Source of the DNA: Lachnoclostridium sp. UBA3320
Lineage (GTDB): Bacteria; Bacillota; Clostridia; Lachnospirales; Lachnospiraceae
Assembly: GCA_002361175.1 (NCBI GenBank)
Contig: DESG01000035.1
Coordinates: 3,275-67,274 of the forward strand
DNA length: 64,000 nt
Direction of reading: 5' to 3'
The translations under genes and the position numbers were made by a program. This document shows, piece by piece, positions 8,519 to 19,081 of the stretch (position 1 is the first letter of the stretch; every line of letters begins with the position of its first letter). The notes beneath the pieces are model-generated. The model had not been told where the DNA came from and did not search any database. It was given only the letters and a program-made list of their open reading frames with translations.

Positions 8519-10966
8519 ATGCAGAGACGTTTCACAAAAAACGCAGAAAAGGCTTTAGATTATGCGAAGAAGTCAGCAAAGTCATTAGGGCATAACTATG
8601 TTGGAACAGAGCATATTTTACTAGGACTATTAAAATCAAAAGGAGTTGCAGCAGAGGTACTTGAGGAAAATGGGGTAACTACTGACCTTATCAGACCACT
8701 TATGGAAGATTTTATGTCAGGCGGCAAAGTGGTAATAACAGATAATGAGGCAGAGTTTACACCAAAAGCAAGGAGTGTTATAGACAGAAGTATTGGCGAG
8801 GCAGAGAGACTTGGTTCATCTTCAGCAGGGTCAGAACACCTTCTTATTGCTGTTTTAAAAGAAAATGATGGCATGGCATTGCGTCTTTTAAATACAAAAG
8901 GAATAAATATACAAAAGATTTATATTGATGTATTAACTGCTACGGGGCAAGATGCCACAAGTGCTAAAAATGAGTATATGATGCAGCGCAGCAGGAGAAA
9001 TGGCAAGTCTTTAACACCAGTGCTTGACCAGTACAGCAGAGATTTGACAGAGTATGCAAGAGAAGGTAAACTTGACCCTGTAATAGGCAGAGATGCAGAG
9101 ATAAGGAGGCTTGTTGAGATACTTAGCAGGCGCACAAAGAATAATCCATGTCTTGTAGGCGAGCCAGGAGTTGGCAAAACTGCTGTTGTGGAAGGACTTG
9201 CACAAGATATAGCTGCTGGCAATATACCAGAAATTATACAGGATAAAAGAGTACTTACACTTGATTTATCAGGTATGGTGGCTGGCTCTAAGTATCGTGG
9301 TGAATTTGAAGAACGTATAAAACGTGCCATAAAGGAAGTTACCCAATCAGGTAATGTACTGCTATTTATAGATGAAATTCATACAATTATCGGTGCAGGT
9401 GGTGCAGAAGGTGCACTGGATGCCGCCAATATATTAAAACCTTCTCTAGCACGTGGAGAATTACAGCTTATAGGTGCAACAACAAGAGATGAATACCGCA
9501 AGTATATCGAGAAAGACGCTGCCCTTGAAAGGCGTTTTCAGCCAGTAGATGTAGAAGAACCTGACGAAGATGAAACGATAGCTATATTAATGGGGCTGCG
9601 TGAACGCTACGAAAGACATCACAATGTGGAGATAACAAACAATGCTATAATAGATGCAGTAAAGATGTCTGAACGCTATGTCAATGACAGATTTCTTCCA
9701 GATAAGGCTATTGATACGATAGATGAAGCAGCAGCAAGAGCAGGACTTAAAAGATATATCCCTTCTCCTGAACTTAAAAGCCTTGAAGAAGATCAAATTG
9801 CACTTGATAAGGAAAAAGAGGATGCTATAAGAAATGAAAATTATACTCTTGCAGGAAAATTAAAACGCAAACAGGAAGATAATGCAGTACGTATTAAAGA
9901 AATTCGCCAAAATATGGAAGATAAACGTCTAAACACTTCTGTAAAAGTTACAGGAGATGATGTGGCAGATGTAATTGCTGGTTGGACAAAGATTCCTGTA
10001 CAGAAACTTAAAGAAGAAGAAACGGAGCGTTTAAGAAAGCTTGAAGAGATACTTCATAAACGTGTAGTTGGACAAGAAGAGGCGGTTAGTGCAGTTTCTA
10101 AGGCAGTCAGACGTGGAAGAGCAGGACTAAAAGACCCTGCACGCCCTATAGGCTCGTTCTTATTCTTAGGCCCTACAGGTGTTGGTAAGACAGAACTTTC
10201 CAAAGCACTTGCAGAAGCTGTTTTTGGCAAAGAAAATGAAATAATCAGGGTTGATATGTCTGAATATATGGAAAAGCACAGTGTATCTAAGATGATTGGT
10301 TCACCTCCTGGATATGTAGGTTATGAAGATGGAGGGCAGCTTAGCGAAAAAGTAAGAAGACATCCATACTCAGTAATTCTCTTTGATGAGATAGAAAAAG
10401 CACATTCAGATGTTTTTAATATACTTTTGCAAATACTTGAAGATGGACATGTAACTGATGCACATGGAAGAAAAGTTAGTTTTAAGAATACAATTATCAT
10501 AATGACATCTAATGCAGGAGCACAACAGATAGTTGCGCCTAAACATTTGGGCTTTGGTGTAAATGATGATGAAGAGGCAGACTACAAGAAGATGAAATCA
10601 GGCGTTATGGAAGAAGTAAAGCGTATATTTAAACCTGAATTTATAAACAGGATTGATGAAGTTCTTGTTTTTAGAGTACTTAATAAGGATAATATTAAGG
10701 AAATAGTCCATATACTTCTTAATGGATTTGGCAAGAGGATTAAAGAACAGATGGGATTAGAACTTGAAGTAAAAGATGCAGCAATAAACCATATAGCTGA
10801 AAGCGGGTTTGATAAAACGTATGGCGCAAGACCAATAAGACGTGCAATTCAGACAAAAATAGAAGATGAAATGGCTGACAGGCTTCTTTCTGGTGAGATA
10901 AAATATGGAGATAAAGTAATTGTGGATTATGACGGCGATAACAAGTTAAGCTTTGCAATTTTATAA
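8519..10966 (+). CDS. clpC: ATP-dependent Clp protease ATP-binding subunit ClpC
   Basis: 815 aa, double Clp_N repeat, two AAA+ modules (GEPGVGKT and GPTGVGKT Walker A), UVR-like linker. Confidence 0.92.
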   Translation: MQRRFTKNAEKALDYAKKSAKSLGHNYVGTEHILLGLLKSKGVAAEVLEENGVTTDLIRPLMEDFMSGGKVVITDNEAEFTPKARSVIDRSIGEAERLGSSSAGSEHLLIAVLKENDGMALRLLNTKGINIQKIYIDVLTATGQDATSAKNEYMMQRSRRNGKSLTPVLDQYSRDLTEYAREGKLDPVIGRDAEIRRLVEILSRRTKNNPCLVGEPGVGKTAVVEGLAQDIAAGNIPEIIQDKRVLTLDLSGMVAGSKYRGEFEERIKRAIKEVTQSGNVLLFIDEIHTIIGAGGAEGALDAANILKPSLARGELQLIGATTRDEYRKYIEKDAALERRFQPVDVEEPDEDETIAILMGLRERYERHHNVEITNNAIIDAVKMSERYVNDRFLPDKAIDTIDEAAARAGLKRYIPSPELKSLEEDQIALDKEKEDAIRNENYTLAGKLKRKQEDNAVRIKEIRQNMEDKRLNTSVKVTGDDVADVIAGWTKIPVQKLKEEETERLRKLEEILHKRVVGQEEAVSAVSKAVRRGRAGLKDPARPIGSFLFLGPTGVGKTELSKALAEAVFGKENEIIRVDMSEYMEKHSVSKMIGSPPGYVGYEDGGQLSEKVRRHPYSVILFDEIEKAHSDVFNILLQILEDGHVTDAHGRKVSFKNTIIIMTSNAGAQQIVAPKHLGFGVNDDEEADYKKMKSGVMEEVKRIFKPEFINRIDEVLVFRVLNKDNIKEIVHILLNGFGKRIKEQMGLELEVKDAAINHIAESGFDKTYGARPIRRAIQTKIEDEMADRLLSGEIKYGDKVIVDYDGDNKLSFAIL

Positions 10967-11108
10967 AAAAGTAACAAAAAATTGTGATTTTCATCAGAAA
11001 ATAGTAGAAAAAATATACAAAATATGTTATTCTGTATATATAAGAAGTATTTATATTATACAAAAATTACTTATTACACTACTTAATAATATACAAGGAG
11101 GGGAAGAA

Positions 11109-11522
11109 ATGGCTGTAATAGAGGAATTAATCCGTAAAGAGGCTGATGGTACATTAAGTTTTGGCAACTTTGAACTTGATGCCAAAAAGAAACTGTCTGA
11201 TTTTGAATTTGAAGGTGACTTATACAAGGTTAAAACTTTCAAGGAAATTACAAAACTTGAAAAAAATGGTATGTTTGTATATGAGTCCGTACCAGGAACG
11301 GTTGTTTCCCATATGAAAGCAGACAGTGCAGAGATTAAATTTTCTGTTGAAGGTATGGAGGATGCCTCTGTAACCCTTGAACTTGAACCTGAGAAAGAAT
11401 ATGAGGTTTATATCAAGGGCATTAATGCAGGCAAAATGAAAACGAACCTTGGAGGGAAACTTGTGCTAAGTATTGAGCTTGACCCAGGCAAGGCAGAAGA
11501 TATCAGAGTGGTAAGGTTATAA
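11109..11522 (+). CDS. Hypothetical protein (137 aa), beta-rich, family not recognised
   Basis: ATG at 11109 follows AAGGAGGGG. The first 52 codons of the track ORF are an AT-rich upstream extension. The stop lies 1 nt before the radA ATG. Confidence 0.6.
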   Translation: MAVIEELIRKEADGTLSFGNFELDAKKKLSDFEFEGDLYKVKTFKEITKLEKNGMFVYESVPGTVVSHMKADSAEIKFSVEGMEDASVTLELEPEKEYEVYIKGINAGKMKTNLGGKLVLSIELDPGKAEDIRVVRL

Positions 11523-11523
11523 T

Positions 11524-12906
11524 ATGGCAAACGCAAAGAAAAAATCAGTTTTCTTTTGCAGTGAGTGTGGTTTTGAATCACCAAAATGGTTAGGGCAATG
11601 TCCAGCGTGTCATCAGTGGGACACATTTGCTGAAGCGCCAGTTTCAAAGCGTATGTCAGGAACTGTAAAAGGAATTTTTCCAGGAAATACTCACAGTACA
11701 CCTGCAAGACTTAATGAAGTAAAGGCAGATGAAGAAGAACGAATTGTTACAGGAATAGGAGAACTTGACAGAGTTCTTGGCGGCGGTATTGTATCTGGCT
11801 CGCTTATACTTGTTGGCGGAGACCCAGGCATTGGTAAATCAACGCTCTTGCTACAGATGTGTAGGATATTGTCAGAAAATGAACACAAGATTTTATATGT
11901 ATCAGGCGAAGAGTCACCTAAGCAGATAAAGATGCGTGCTGAAAGGCTGGGTGACTTTAGCAGCAACCTGTATATACTATGTGAAACAGATCTTGTTACT
12001 GTCACAGAAGTTATAACAGATATGAAGCCTGAAATAGTTATAATAGATTCAATTCAAACAATGTACAGTGAAGATGCAGGACAGGCACCAGGAAGTGCGA
12101 GTCAGATAAGGGAAGCTACAGGCAGATTTATGAAACTTGCCAAAAATTTGCCAGTGTCTATATTTATAGTGGGTCATGTAACTAAAGAAGGTGTAGTTGC
12201 TGGACCAAGACTTCTTGAGCACATGGTAGATACTGTGCTATATTTTGAAGGAGATGGTGTTGCTTCATACAGGTTTTTAAGAGGTGTTAAAAACCGCTTC
12301 GGTTCGACAAATGAGATAGGTGTATTTGAAATGCGCCAAAATGGACTTGAAGAAGTCTTAAATCCATCAGGTTATATGCTTCAAGGCAAGCCTGAAAACG
12401 AACCTGGCTCTGTAGTAACATGTTCAATAGAGGGCACAAGACCTATACTTGTAGAAGTACAGGCACTAGTATGCCAAACAAATTTTAACATGCCACGGCG
12501 TACAGCAGCAGGAACCGATTACAACAGAGTAAATCTTTTGATGGCAGTAATCGAAAAAAGGCTTGGCATACGGCTAGGAGGCTATGATGCTTACATAAAT
12601 GTGGCTGGCGGTATGAGGATAAGTGAACCTGCACTTGATTTGGGGATTGTGGCTGCAATAATTTCTAGCTACCAAAACCAAGCTTTTGACAGCAAAACAG
12701 TGTGTTTTGGTGAAATAGGGCTTGTTGGTGAAGTAAGGGCAGTTAATCTATCTGAGCAGCGTGTAATGGAGGCAGCAAAACTTGGTTTTGAACGCTGTAT
12801 TATGCCCAGAGCTAACTTCCAGAAACTTAATGTAAGTAAAAATGCTTTAAATGGTATGAGGTTGTCAGGAGTAAGCAGTATTTATGAATTGCTGGAGGTA
12901 ATTTAA
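11524..12906 (+). CDS. radA: DNA repair protein RadA/Sms
   Basis: N-terminal zinc ribbon CSECG...CPAC, Walker A GDPGIGKST, KNRFG motif, Lon-like C-terminal domain. Confidence 0.93.
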   Translation: MANAKKKSVFFCSECGFESPKWLGQCPACHQWDTFAEAPVSKRMSGTVKGIFPGNTHSTPARLNEVKADEEERIVTGIGELDRVLGGGIVSGSLILVGGDPGIGKSTLLLQMCRILSENEHKILYVSGEESPKQIKMRAERLGDFSSNLYILCETDLVTVTEVITDMKPEIVIIDSIQTMYSEDAGQAPGSASQIREATGRFMKLAKNLPVSIFIVGHVTKEGVVAGPRLLEHMVDTVLYFEGDGVASYRFLRGVKNRFGSTNEIGVFEMRQNGLEEVLNPSGYMLQGKPENEPGSVVTCSIEGTRPILVEVQALVCQTNFNMPRRTAAGTDYNRVNLLMAVIEKRLGIRLGGYDAYINVAGGMRISEPALDLGIVAAIISSYQNQAFDSKTVCFGEIGLVGEVRAVNLSEQRVMEAAKLGFERCIMPRANFQKLNVSKNALNGMRLSGVSSIYELLEVI

Positions 12907-13262
12907 TGGGATTACGGGAAAACGAAGTAGATACGGAACATGTTCTAAGAAGAATGGAAAACACTATGAATAATCTTGAACAGATGTCATTTGATTCAAT
13001 AAATATTACAGACCGTCTTGTGACACTGTTAAGCGAAGCAAGAGAATATGCTGCTATAATGAAATCAGGTACACAGGCCGAGTGTGATGCTGCATTTGGA
13101 GCATTATGTGAAATTCTTGATAAAATCTTGGAAACGGCGTTTATCGTAAATAATATATCACATGACCTTGAAAATGAGACATTATACCAGAGAGATACAG
13201 TTGAAGCTATAAAACAAATTGTTGATTTCTTTTATTCAATAACAGATGATATTAATTTATAA
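12906..13262 (+). CDS. Hypothetical small helical protein (118 aa)
   Basis: The ATG overlaps the radA stop (TAATG). Acidic, predicted helical, no recognised motif. Confidence 0.5.
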   Translation: MGLRENEVDTEHVLRRMENTMNNLEQMSFDSINITDRLVTLLSEAREYAAIMKSGTQAECDAAFGALCEILDKILETAFIVNNISHDLENETLYQRDTVEAIKQIVDFFYSITDDINL

Positions 13263-13290
13263 GGCATTGGTGTAAATTCCAATGCCTTTC
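13261..13290 (+). terminator. Hairpin terminator after the clpC-radA operon
   Basis: AAGGCATTGG (13261-13270) pairs with CCAATGCCTT (13279-13288). The U-tail is weak. Confidence 0.5.
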
Positions 13291-13336
13291 CCTGTTGCAA
13301 CACGACACCTTATAGGATATAATCTTATATAAATAT

Positions 13337-14944
13337 ATGAAAGGCAGTAAGATTATGAAAGTTGAAAATGAAAGTGGAGATAAAAGTTATTTAAAAGACC
13401 TTAAAGGCAGAATACAGAGCAATTTAAGTGGTTATCTTCGAATTGTGTTGACTGCTTTTATAGTACTTATACAGTTTTTATTTATAATTTTCCTCCCATT
13501 TTCACTAAGAAATATGACAGTGTATTTTTATTATATATGGGAAATTATATCTATTATTGCTATCGTGACACTTGTTAACCGCAATCAAAGCCCCTCGTAC
13601 CGACTGGCATGGATATCTATAGTTATGATTCTGCCTGTCAGCGGATTTATTATGTACTACCTATGGGGGAGGGCAAGTAAAAGTAAGCGCAATCTTGACC
13701 AACATATACTGCGACAGATTTCTTATGGTAAACAATTTCTTTTACAAGATGAAGATGTTTACCTTGATTTTATTACTAAAAACCCAGTGCAGGGAAGAAT
13801 GGTAAAGTATATGGAAACTGAAGGTTTTCCTATTACCGCTGGCAATGGTGTGGACTTTTATTCTATGGGGGAAGATATATTTGAAGAAATATTTAAAGAT
13901 TTAGAAAAAGCCAAAAAATTTATACTAATTGATTTCTTTATTGTAGCTGAGGGTGGAATATGGGACAAAATGCATGAAATACTGAAACATAAAATTAGTG
14001 AAGGCGTTGAAGTAAAATTTTTGTATGATGATTTTGGCTCTGCAATAAGAACTCGCAAATATTTTAGACAAATTTTAGAGCATGAGGGATTTGAAGTCAG
14101 GGTTTTTAATCCAGTACACAAATATATGGGTGAGTTATATATGAATTTTCGCTCACATCAAAAAATTATTGTAATTGATGGTGAAGTTGGATATACTGGC
14201 GGCTTTAATCTTGCAGATGAATATGCCAACCTTATTGAAAGATTTGGTATATGGAAGGACACAGGCATACGTATAAGAGGTGAAGCAGTATGGGGGCTTA
14301 CTGTTGTCTTTTTCCAGATGTGGGAAGCGTCTGAAAATTCAGATAAACATGTGGACTATTTAAAGTATAAAACGAACTTTACACAAAACTTTGGTGATGT
14401 GTATTGTCAAGTTATTTCAGATGGACCAGCTAATAACCCAAGTAATCCTATAGAAAGCATTTACAATCAAATGATTGTATTTTCTGATAAATATCTGTAT
14501 ATAACTACTCCTTATCTTATTATAGAAGATTATATGAAAACATCCTTAATTGAGGCGGCAAAACGTGGTGTGGATGTAAGGATTATAACACCAAATATTC
14601 CAGATAAAAAAAATACAAAGCTGCTTACTAATTATAACTATGGACCTCTTTTAAAAGAAGGAGTAAGAATTTATGAATATACGCCAGGGTTTATCCACGC
14701 TAAACAGATACTTACTGAAAATGCTGTTATAGTAGGCACTATAAATATGGATTATAGAAGCTTTTATCTGCACTATGAAAATGGTGTGTGGATGTCAGGG
14801 AAAAAGATACAAGAAACCGTTAGAAAAGACTTTTTTAACACATTTGAAATAAGTAAAGAAATAACGTATGAAGAGTGGCTTAACCGCCCTTATAGGTGGA
14901 AAATTGTACAGCCATTATTAAATCTTTTTTCAACATTATTTTAG
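13337..14944 (+). CDS. cls: Cardiolipin synthase
   Basis: N-terminal TM helices and two PLD HKD motifs (HQKIIVID, HAKQILTE). An alternative start at ATG 13355 has the better RBS. Confidence 0.88.
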   Translation: MKGSKIMKVENESGDKSYLKDLKGRIQSNLSGYLRIVLTAFIVLIQFLFIIFLPFSLRNMTVYFYYIWEIISIIAIVTLVNRNQSPSYRLAWISIVMILPVSGFIMYYLWGRASKSKRNLDQHILRQISYGKQFLLQDEDVYLDFITKNPVQGRMVKYMETEGFPITAGNGVDFYSMGEDIFEEIFKDLEKAKKFILIDFFIVAEGGIWDKMHEILKHKISEGVEVKFLYDDFGSAIRTRKYFRQILEHEGFEVRVFNPVHKYMGELYMNFRSHQKIIVIDGEVGYTGGFNLADEYANLIERFGIWKDTGIRIRGEAVWGLTVVFFQMWEASENSDKHVDYLKYKTNFTQNFGDVYCQVISDGPANNPSNPIESIYNQMIVFSDKYLYITTPYLIIEDYMKTSLIEAAKRGVDVRIITPNIPDKKNTKLLTNYNYGPLLKEGVRIYEYTPGFIHAKQILTENAVIVGTINMDYRSFYLHYENGVWMSGKKIQETVRKDFFNTFEISKEITYEEWLNRPYRWKIVQPLLNLFSTLF

Positions 14945-14962
14945 AAATGGAGGAATATCTAA

Positions 14963-15217
14963 ATGATATATACAAATGTATGTAAACATTGCCATACAGT
15001 ATTTAAATCAAAGATAAGGACTATGTGCTGCAAAAATTGCCGCAGTGAAGATTCAGATATATTGGATGATATTGTACAGTATTTAAAACTTTATCCCAAT
15101 AGCAATGCTTTGCAGATATCAGAAGAACTTGGTGTACATCCATATGTAATAGTTAAATATATTGATGAGGGGTGGCTTGGGAAAGCTTATGGAAAGTTTT
15201 GTAAGCTGCCTGATTAA
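14963..15217 (+). CDS. Small zinc-ribbon plus HTH-like protein (YvyF/TIGR03826-like architecture)
   Basis: CKHC...CKNC zinc ribbon followed by a helix-rich segment (ISEELGVHPYVIVKYIDEGWL). Strong RBS GGAGG. Confidence 0.35.
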   Translation: MIYTNVCKHCHTVFKSKIRTMCCKNCRSEDSDILDDIVQYLKLYPNSNALQISEELGVHPYVIVKYIDEGWLGKAYGKFCKLPD

Positions 15218-15242
15218 CTAGATGTAAAAAGAGGTGCTTAAC

Positions 15243-15854
15243 TTGATTAATTATATTATAGGCAAGCTGGCTGGTGTTACTCAAAGCAGTATTATTGTTG
15301 AAAATGGAGGTATAGGATATGAAATTTTAGTGCCGTTATCTGTGATTGACAGGGTAGGGCAAGTTGGGAATGAAATAAAGATTTACACATATATGCACGT
15401 TAGAGAAGATTTGTTGCAGCTTTTTGGATTTATAAAAAAAGATGAGCTTGATGTATTTAAGCTGCTTATAACTGTGAGTGGAATAGGGCCAAAAGGGGCA
15501 CTTGGCATACTAGGGTCTATGGGCGTTGATGATTTAAGATTTGCTGTGCTTACAGGTGATTCTAAGACTATTGCCAAAGCACCTGGGATAGGTGCTAAAA
15601 CTGCTGGAAAACTTATTCTTGAACTAAGAGATAAGCTTAAATTTAATGATGTGAAAGATACTAATCAAGATATTTCTGCAAATGTTTTACCTAACTCTAA
15701 TGATAATTCAAAGCAAATGATATCTGATGCTGTTGCTGCGCTGTCTGCGCTTGGATATCTTCCAACAGATGCTATGAAAGCTGTAAAAAGTGTTGAAGTT
15801 GGCACATATTCAACTGTGGAAGAACTTTTAAAACTCAGCTTAAAGAGGATTTAA
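15243..15854 (+). CDS. ruvA: Holliday junction DNA helicase RuvA
   Basis: A TTG start at 15243 gives the typical [10 protein letters not shown]-terminus 8 nt after AGAGG. HhH motifs ([15 protein letters not shown]). Confidence 0.9.
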   Translation: MINYIIGKLAGVTQSSIIVENGGIGYEILVPLSVIDRVGQVGNEIKIYTYMHVREDLLQLFGFIKKDELDVFKLLITVSGIGPKGALGILGSMGVDDLRFAVLTGDSKTIAKAPGIGAKTAGKLILELRDKLKFNDVKDTNQDISANVLPNSNDNSKQMISDAVAALSALGYLPTDAMKAVKSVEVGTYSTVEELLKLSLKRI

Positions 15855-15859
15855 ATATT

Positions 15860-16858
15860 ATGACTAAAAGGACGATTACAACCGAGTTTACTACAGAAGA
15901 TGCAGGTATTGAAACAAGTCTTAGACCTAAATACCTAAAAGACTATATTGGGCAGGAAAAAGTGAAAAACAACCTTAAAATTTATATTGAAGCGGCGAAA
16001 CAGAGAAAAGATTCTCTTGACCATGTTTTATTATATGGTCCTCCTGGACTTGGCAAGACAACACTTGCAGGAATTATTGCTAATGAGATGGGAGTAAATT
16101 TAAAAGTAACGGCAGGACCTGCTATTGAAAAGCCAGGTGAGATGGCAGCTATACTCAATAATTTGCAAGATGGTGATGTACTGTTTGTGGATGAGATACA
16201 CAGGCTTAATAGACAGGTTGAAGAGGTTTTATACCCTGCTATGGAAGACTTTGTTATTGATGTTGTCATAGGCAAAGGCGCTACAGCACGTTCAATACGT
16301 CTTGATTTACCAAAGTTTACACTAGTAGGAGCAACTACACGAGCTGGTATGCTGTCAGCACCGTTAAGAGATAGATTTGGCGTTGTAAACAGGCTGGAAT
16401 TTTATACAGAAGATGAACTTGTAGAGATAATTATGGGTTCAGCATTAAAGCTTGGAGTCGAGATTGGCATTGATGGTGCGAAAGAACTTGCAGGAAGGTC
16501 TAGGGGAACACCAAGGCTTTCTAATAGACTGCTTAAACGTGTCAGGGATTTTGCACAGATAAAATACGATGGTAAGATAACAAAGGAAGTGGCAGATTTT
16601 GCACTTGATTTACTCGAAGTAGATAAGTATGGACTTGACAATACAGACAGACTTATATTAAAAACACTTATAGAAAATTTTGGAGGCGGGCCTGTAGGGC
16701 TTGACGCACTTGCTGTTTCAATAGGTGAAGATGCAGGAACGCTTGAAGACGTTTATGAGCCTTATCTTGTACAGAAAGGATTTATACTAAGGACTTTAAG
16801 AGGCAGAGTCGCATCTGAGGCAGCGTACAAGCACTTTGGAATTAAAAAAATACCATAG
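15860..16858 (+). CDS. ruvB: Holliday junction DNA helicase RuvB
   Basis: Walker [10 protein letters not shown], Walker [10 protein letters not shown], conserved RuvB C-terminal winged helix. Confidence 0.95.
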   Translation: MTKRTITTEFTTEDAGIETSLRPKYLKDYIGQEKVKNNLKIYIEAAKQRKDSLDHVLLYGPPGLGKTTLAGIIANEMGVNLKVTAGPAIEKPGEMAAILNNLQDGDVLFVDEIHRLNRQVEEVLYPAMEDFVIDVVIGKGATARSIRLDLPKFTLVGATTRAGMLSAPLRDRFGVVNRLEFYTEDELVEIIMGSALKLGVEIGIDGAKELAGRSRGTPRLSNRLLKRVRDFAQIKYDGKITKEVADFALDLLEVDKYGLDNTDRLILKTLIENFGGGPVGLDALAVSIGEDAGTLEDVYEPYLVQKGFILRTLRGRVASEAAYKHFGIKKIP

Positions 16859-16873
16859 GTAGCACTAAGCTGC

Positions 16874-18058
16874 CTATAGAAATTTAAGCAGTTCATTGTG
16901 CAGTTTTTTAGCACGTTGATGCCAAGAGTGGTTCTTTACTGCATATTCAAATGCTTCTTGTTGTATATGTCTCATATGGTCTTTATCGCTTAAAATACTA
17001 TTTACAATAAATGGCAGCATTTCAATCTGTTTTAAATCATAAAAGACAACATTTTTATTTGGGGTAAGTATTTCATCAAGGTATTTGCTATGGTCAGTTA
17101 GACATACTGCACCATTTAACATAGAATTAAATATACGGTCATGTGCACCATCTTTAAACCATGGCATCACATTAAGCGAAAGCTTACTTTGTGATATGTA
17201 TTCAAGACATCCATGTGACATAATTCCAGTAGTATATGTAAGATTTTCAGGATGACGGCAGCAGAGACGATCCCAGCCTTCGCCAACGCAGTGTACTTTT
17301 ATCCCATTATCAACAAGTGATTTAACAACTTCACCTCTAAAATAGAATCTTATATATGTATCTATAAAAATCATATTTGGAAAAGTTTCACGTAATTGGC
17401 TGTTAGTTGTTTCAGGAATTTCCTTTAAAATATGACGCTCAATAATTGATTCACTAGTGTTGTCAGGCATAGCTATAAGGTCATCAATTATACCATTGTA
17501 AAAATCAGCATATTCATCACCATTGCGCATAATATACTGGTCAAATTCTTCTGGAGGAGTATAATTGCCCGTAAATACTATATCATAAGGACGGCTGTCT
17601 ATATCTAAAAAATTGCCATTTGAATATAGTGAAGTCCCTCCAAGTGGAAGAAAAGGGCCACATTTTATATCAGGATAAAATTTTTTCATATATTTGACAT
17701 GGTATCTGTCAATACAGATATTGTAAAAAATATCAGGAATTATTTTATATAGCTCAGGATAATAAAATGGATGGTCAACTACTATATTTACACATGGTAT
17801 CTTTCTTTTATTCCATATAAGAATACCATTTATATCAAAAAGTGATGTTTCACAATGTATGCCATCAAAGTTAAAAGTAACAAGGAGGGTATCATATGAA
17901 TCTGCAAATTGGTAAAGTGCTTCTGCGCTTTCTTCTTCCATTGTCTGGTCAAATAGAAAAATCTTATATCCCAGTGATTCAAAGCCTTCCTTTAACTGGC
18001 GTGAGAAATATTCTAAAGTCTCTGTGCCGCCAACCATCAGTACAATCTTATGTCTCAT
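16874..18058 (-). CDS. Glycosyltransferase, CgeB-like/GT1-like C-terminal domain
   Basis: ATG at 18058 follows a GGAGG RBS. The C-terminal segment (LNVMPWFKDGAHDRIFNSMLNGAVCLTD) resembles the CgeB-type glycosyltransferase fold. Confidence 0.5.
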   Translation of the reverse strand: MRHKIVLMVGGTETLEYFSRQLKEGFESLGYKIFLFDQTMEEESAEALYQFADSYDTLLVTFNFDGIHCETSLFDINGILIWNKRKIPCVNIVVDHPFYYPELYKIIPDIFYNICIDRYHVKYMKKFYPDIKCGPFLPLGGTSLYSNGNFLDIDSRPYDIVFTGNYTPPEEFDQYIMRNGDEYADFYNGIIDDLIAMPDNTSESIIERHILKEIPETTNSQLRETFPNMIFIDTYIRFYFRGEVVKSLVDNGIKVHCVGEGWDRLCCRHPENLTYTTGIMSHGCLEYISQSKLSLNVMPWFKDGAHDRIFNSMLNGAVCLTDHSKYLDEILTPNKNVVFYDLKQIEMLPFIVNSILSDKDHMRHIQQEAFEYAVKNHSWHQRAKKLHNELLKFL

Positions 18059-18163
18059 AATACCTCCTTGCAATTCTTTTAATATACATTATAATAATAT
18101 TATAACAGAAAATTTTGACTATGGCTATATTAAAATGAATTAAAAAGAAAGATGGAGGTTTCT

Positions 18164-19009
18164 ATGAAAATAAATTTTACGAAGATGCATGGTTGTGGCA
18201 ATGATTATGTTTATGTAAATTGTATGGAAAAAATGATAGACAATCCAGAAGAAGTGTCATGCTTTGTAAGCGACAGACACTTTGGAATAGGTTCAGATGG
18301 ACTTATACTTATATGTCCGTCTGATGTTGCGGATTTTAGAATGGCAATGTATAATGCAGATGGTTCAGAAGGGAAGATGTGTGGCAATGGTGCACGTTGT
18401 ATCGCAAAATATGTATATGAGCATAGACTTACGGATAAAAAACAGATATCACTTGAAACAAAAGCTGGTATAAAATATCTTGATTTAACCGTAGATGGTA
18501 ACGAAGTGTCTTTGGTAAAAGTGAATATGGGTGCACCGATTTTAAAGCCTGATAAAATACCAGTTATAACAGATGACATAGAAGAAAGTTTTATAAATAA
18601 GCCACTTAATGTTGCTGGCAAAGAATATATGGTTACGTGTGTATCTATGGGCAATCCACATGCAGTAGTATTTGTGGAAGATACTAAAAGCTTTGATATC
18701 GAAAAATATGGACCTGCATTTGAAAATTACCCTGCATTCCCCGATAAAATTAACACAGAATTTGTACAGGTACTAGGACGTGGAGAAATTAATATGCGTG
18801 TATGGGAGAGAGGTTCTGGTGAGACCCTTGCATGTGGCACAGGTACATGTGCATCTGTTGTTGCATGTGTTTTAAATGGTGTGACAGATAATGAAGTGAC
18901 AGTACATCTGCTTGGTGGAGATTTGTTTATAAAATATGACAGAGAAAAAGAAATTGTGTGGATGACAGGACCTGCAAAAACTGTGTTTAAAGGTGAAATA
19001 GAGATATAA
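18164..19009 (+). CDS. dapF: Diaminopimelate epimerase
   Basis: MKINFTKMHGCGNDY N-terminus, catalytic Cys motifs (MCGNGARC, ACGTGTCA). ATG at 18164 lies 5 nt after GGAGG. Confidence 0.92.
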   Translation: MKINFTKMHGCGNDYVYVNCMEKMIDNPEEVSCFVSDRHFGIGSDGLILICPSDVADFRMAMYNADGSEGKMCGNGARCIAKYVYEHRLTDKKQISLETKAGIKYLDLTVDGNEVSLVKVNMGAPILKPDKIPVITDDIEESFINKPLNVAGKEYMVTCVSMGNPHAVVFVEDTKSFDIEKYGPAFENYPAFPDKINTEFVQVLGRGEINMRVWERGSGETLACGTGTCASVVACVLNGVTDNEVTVHLLGGDLFIKYDREKEIVWMTGPAKTVFKGEIEI

Positions 19010-19081
19010 CTATCTACTTTTAATATTAACATCATATAATAGTAAAAATATTAGATATTTATAGAGAGGGGATATTTTTTT

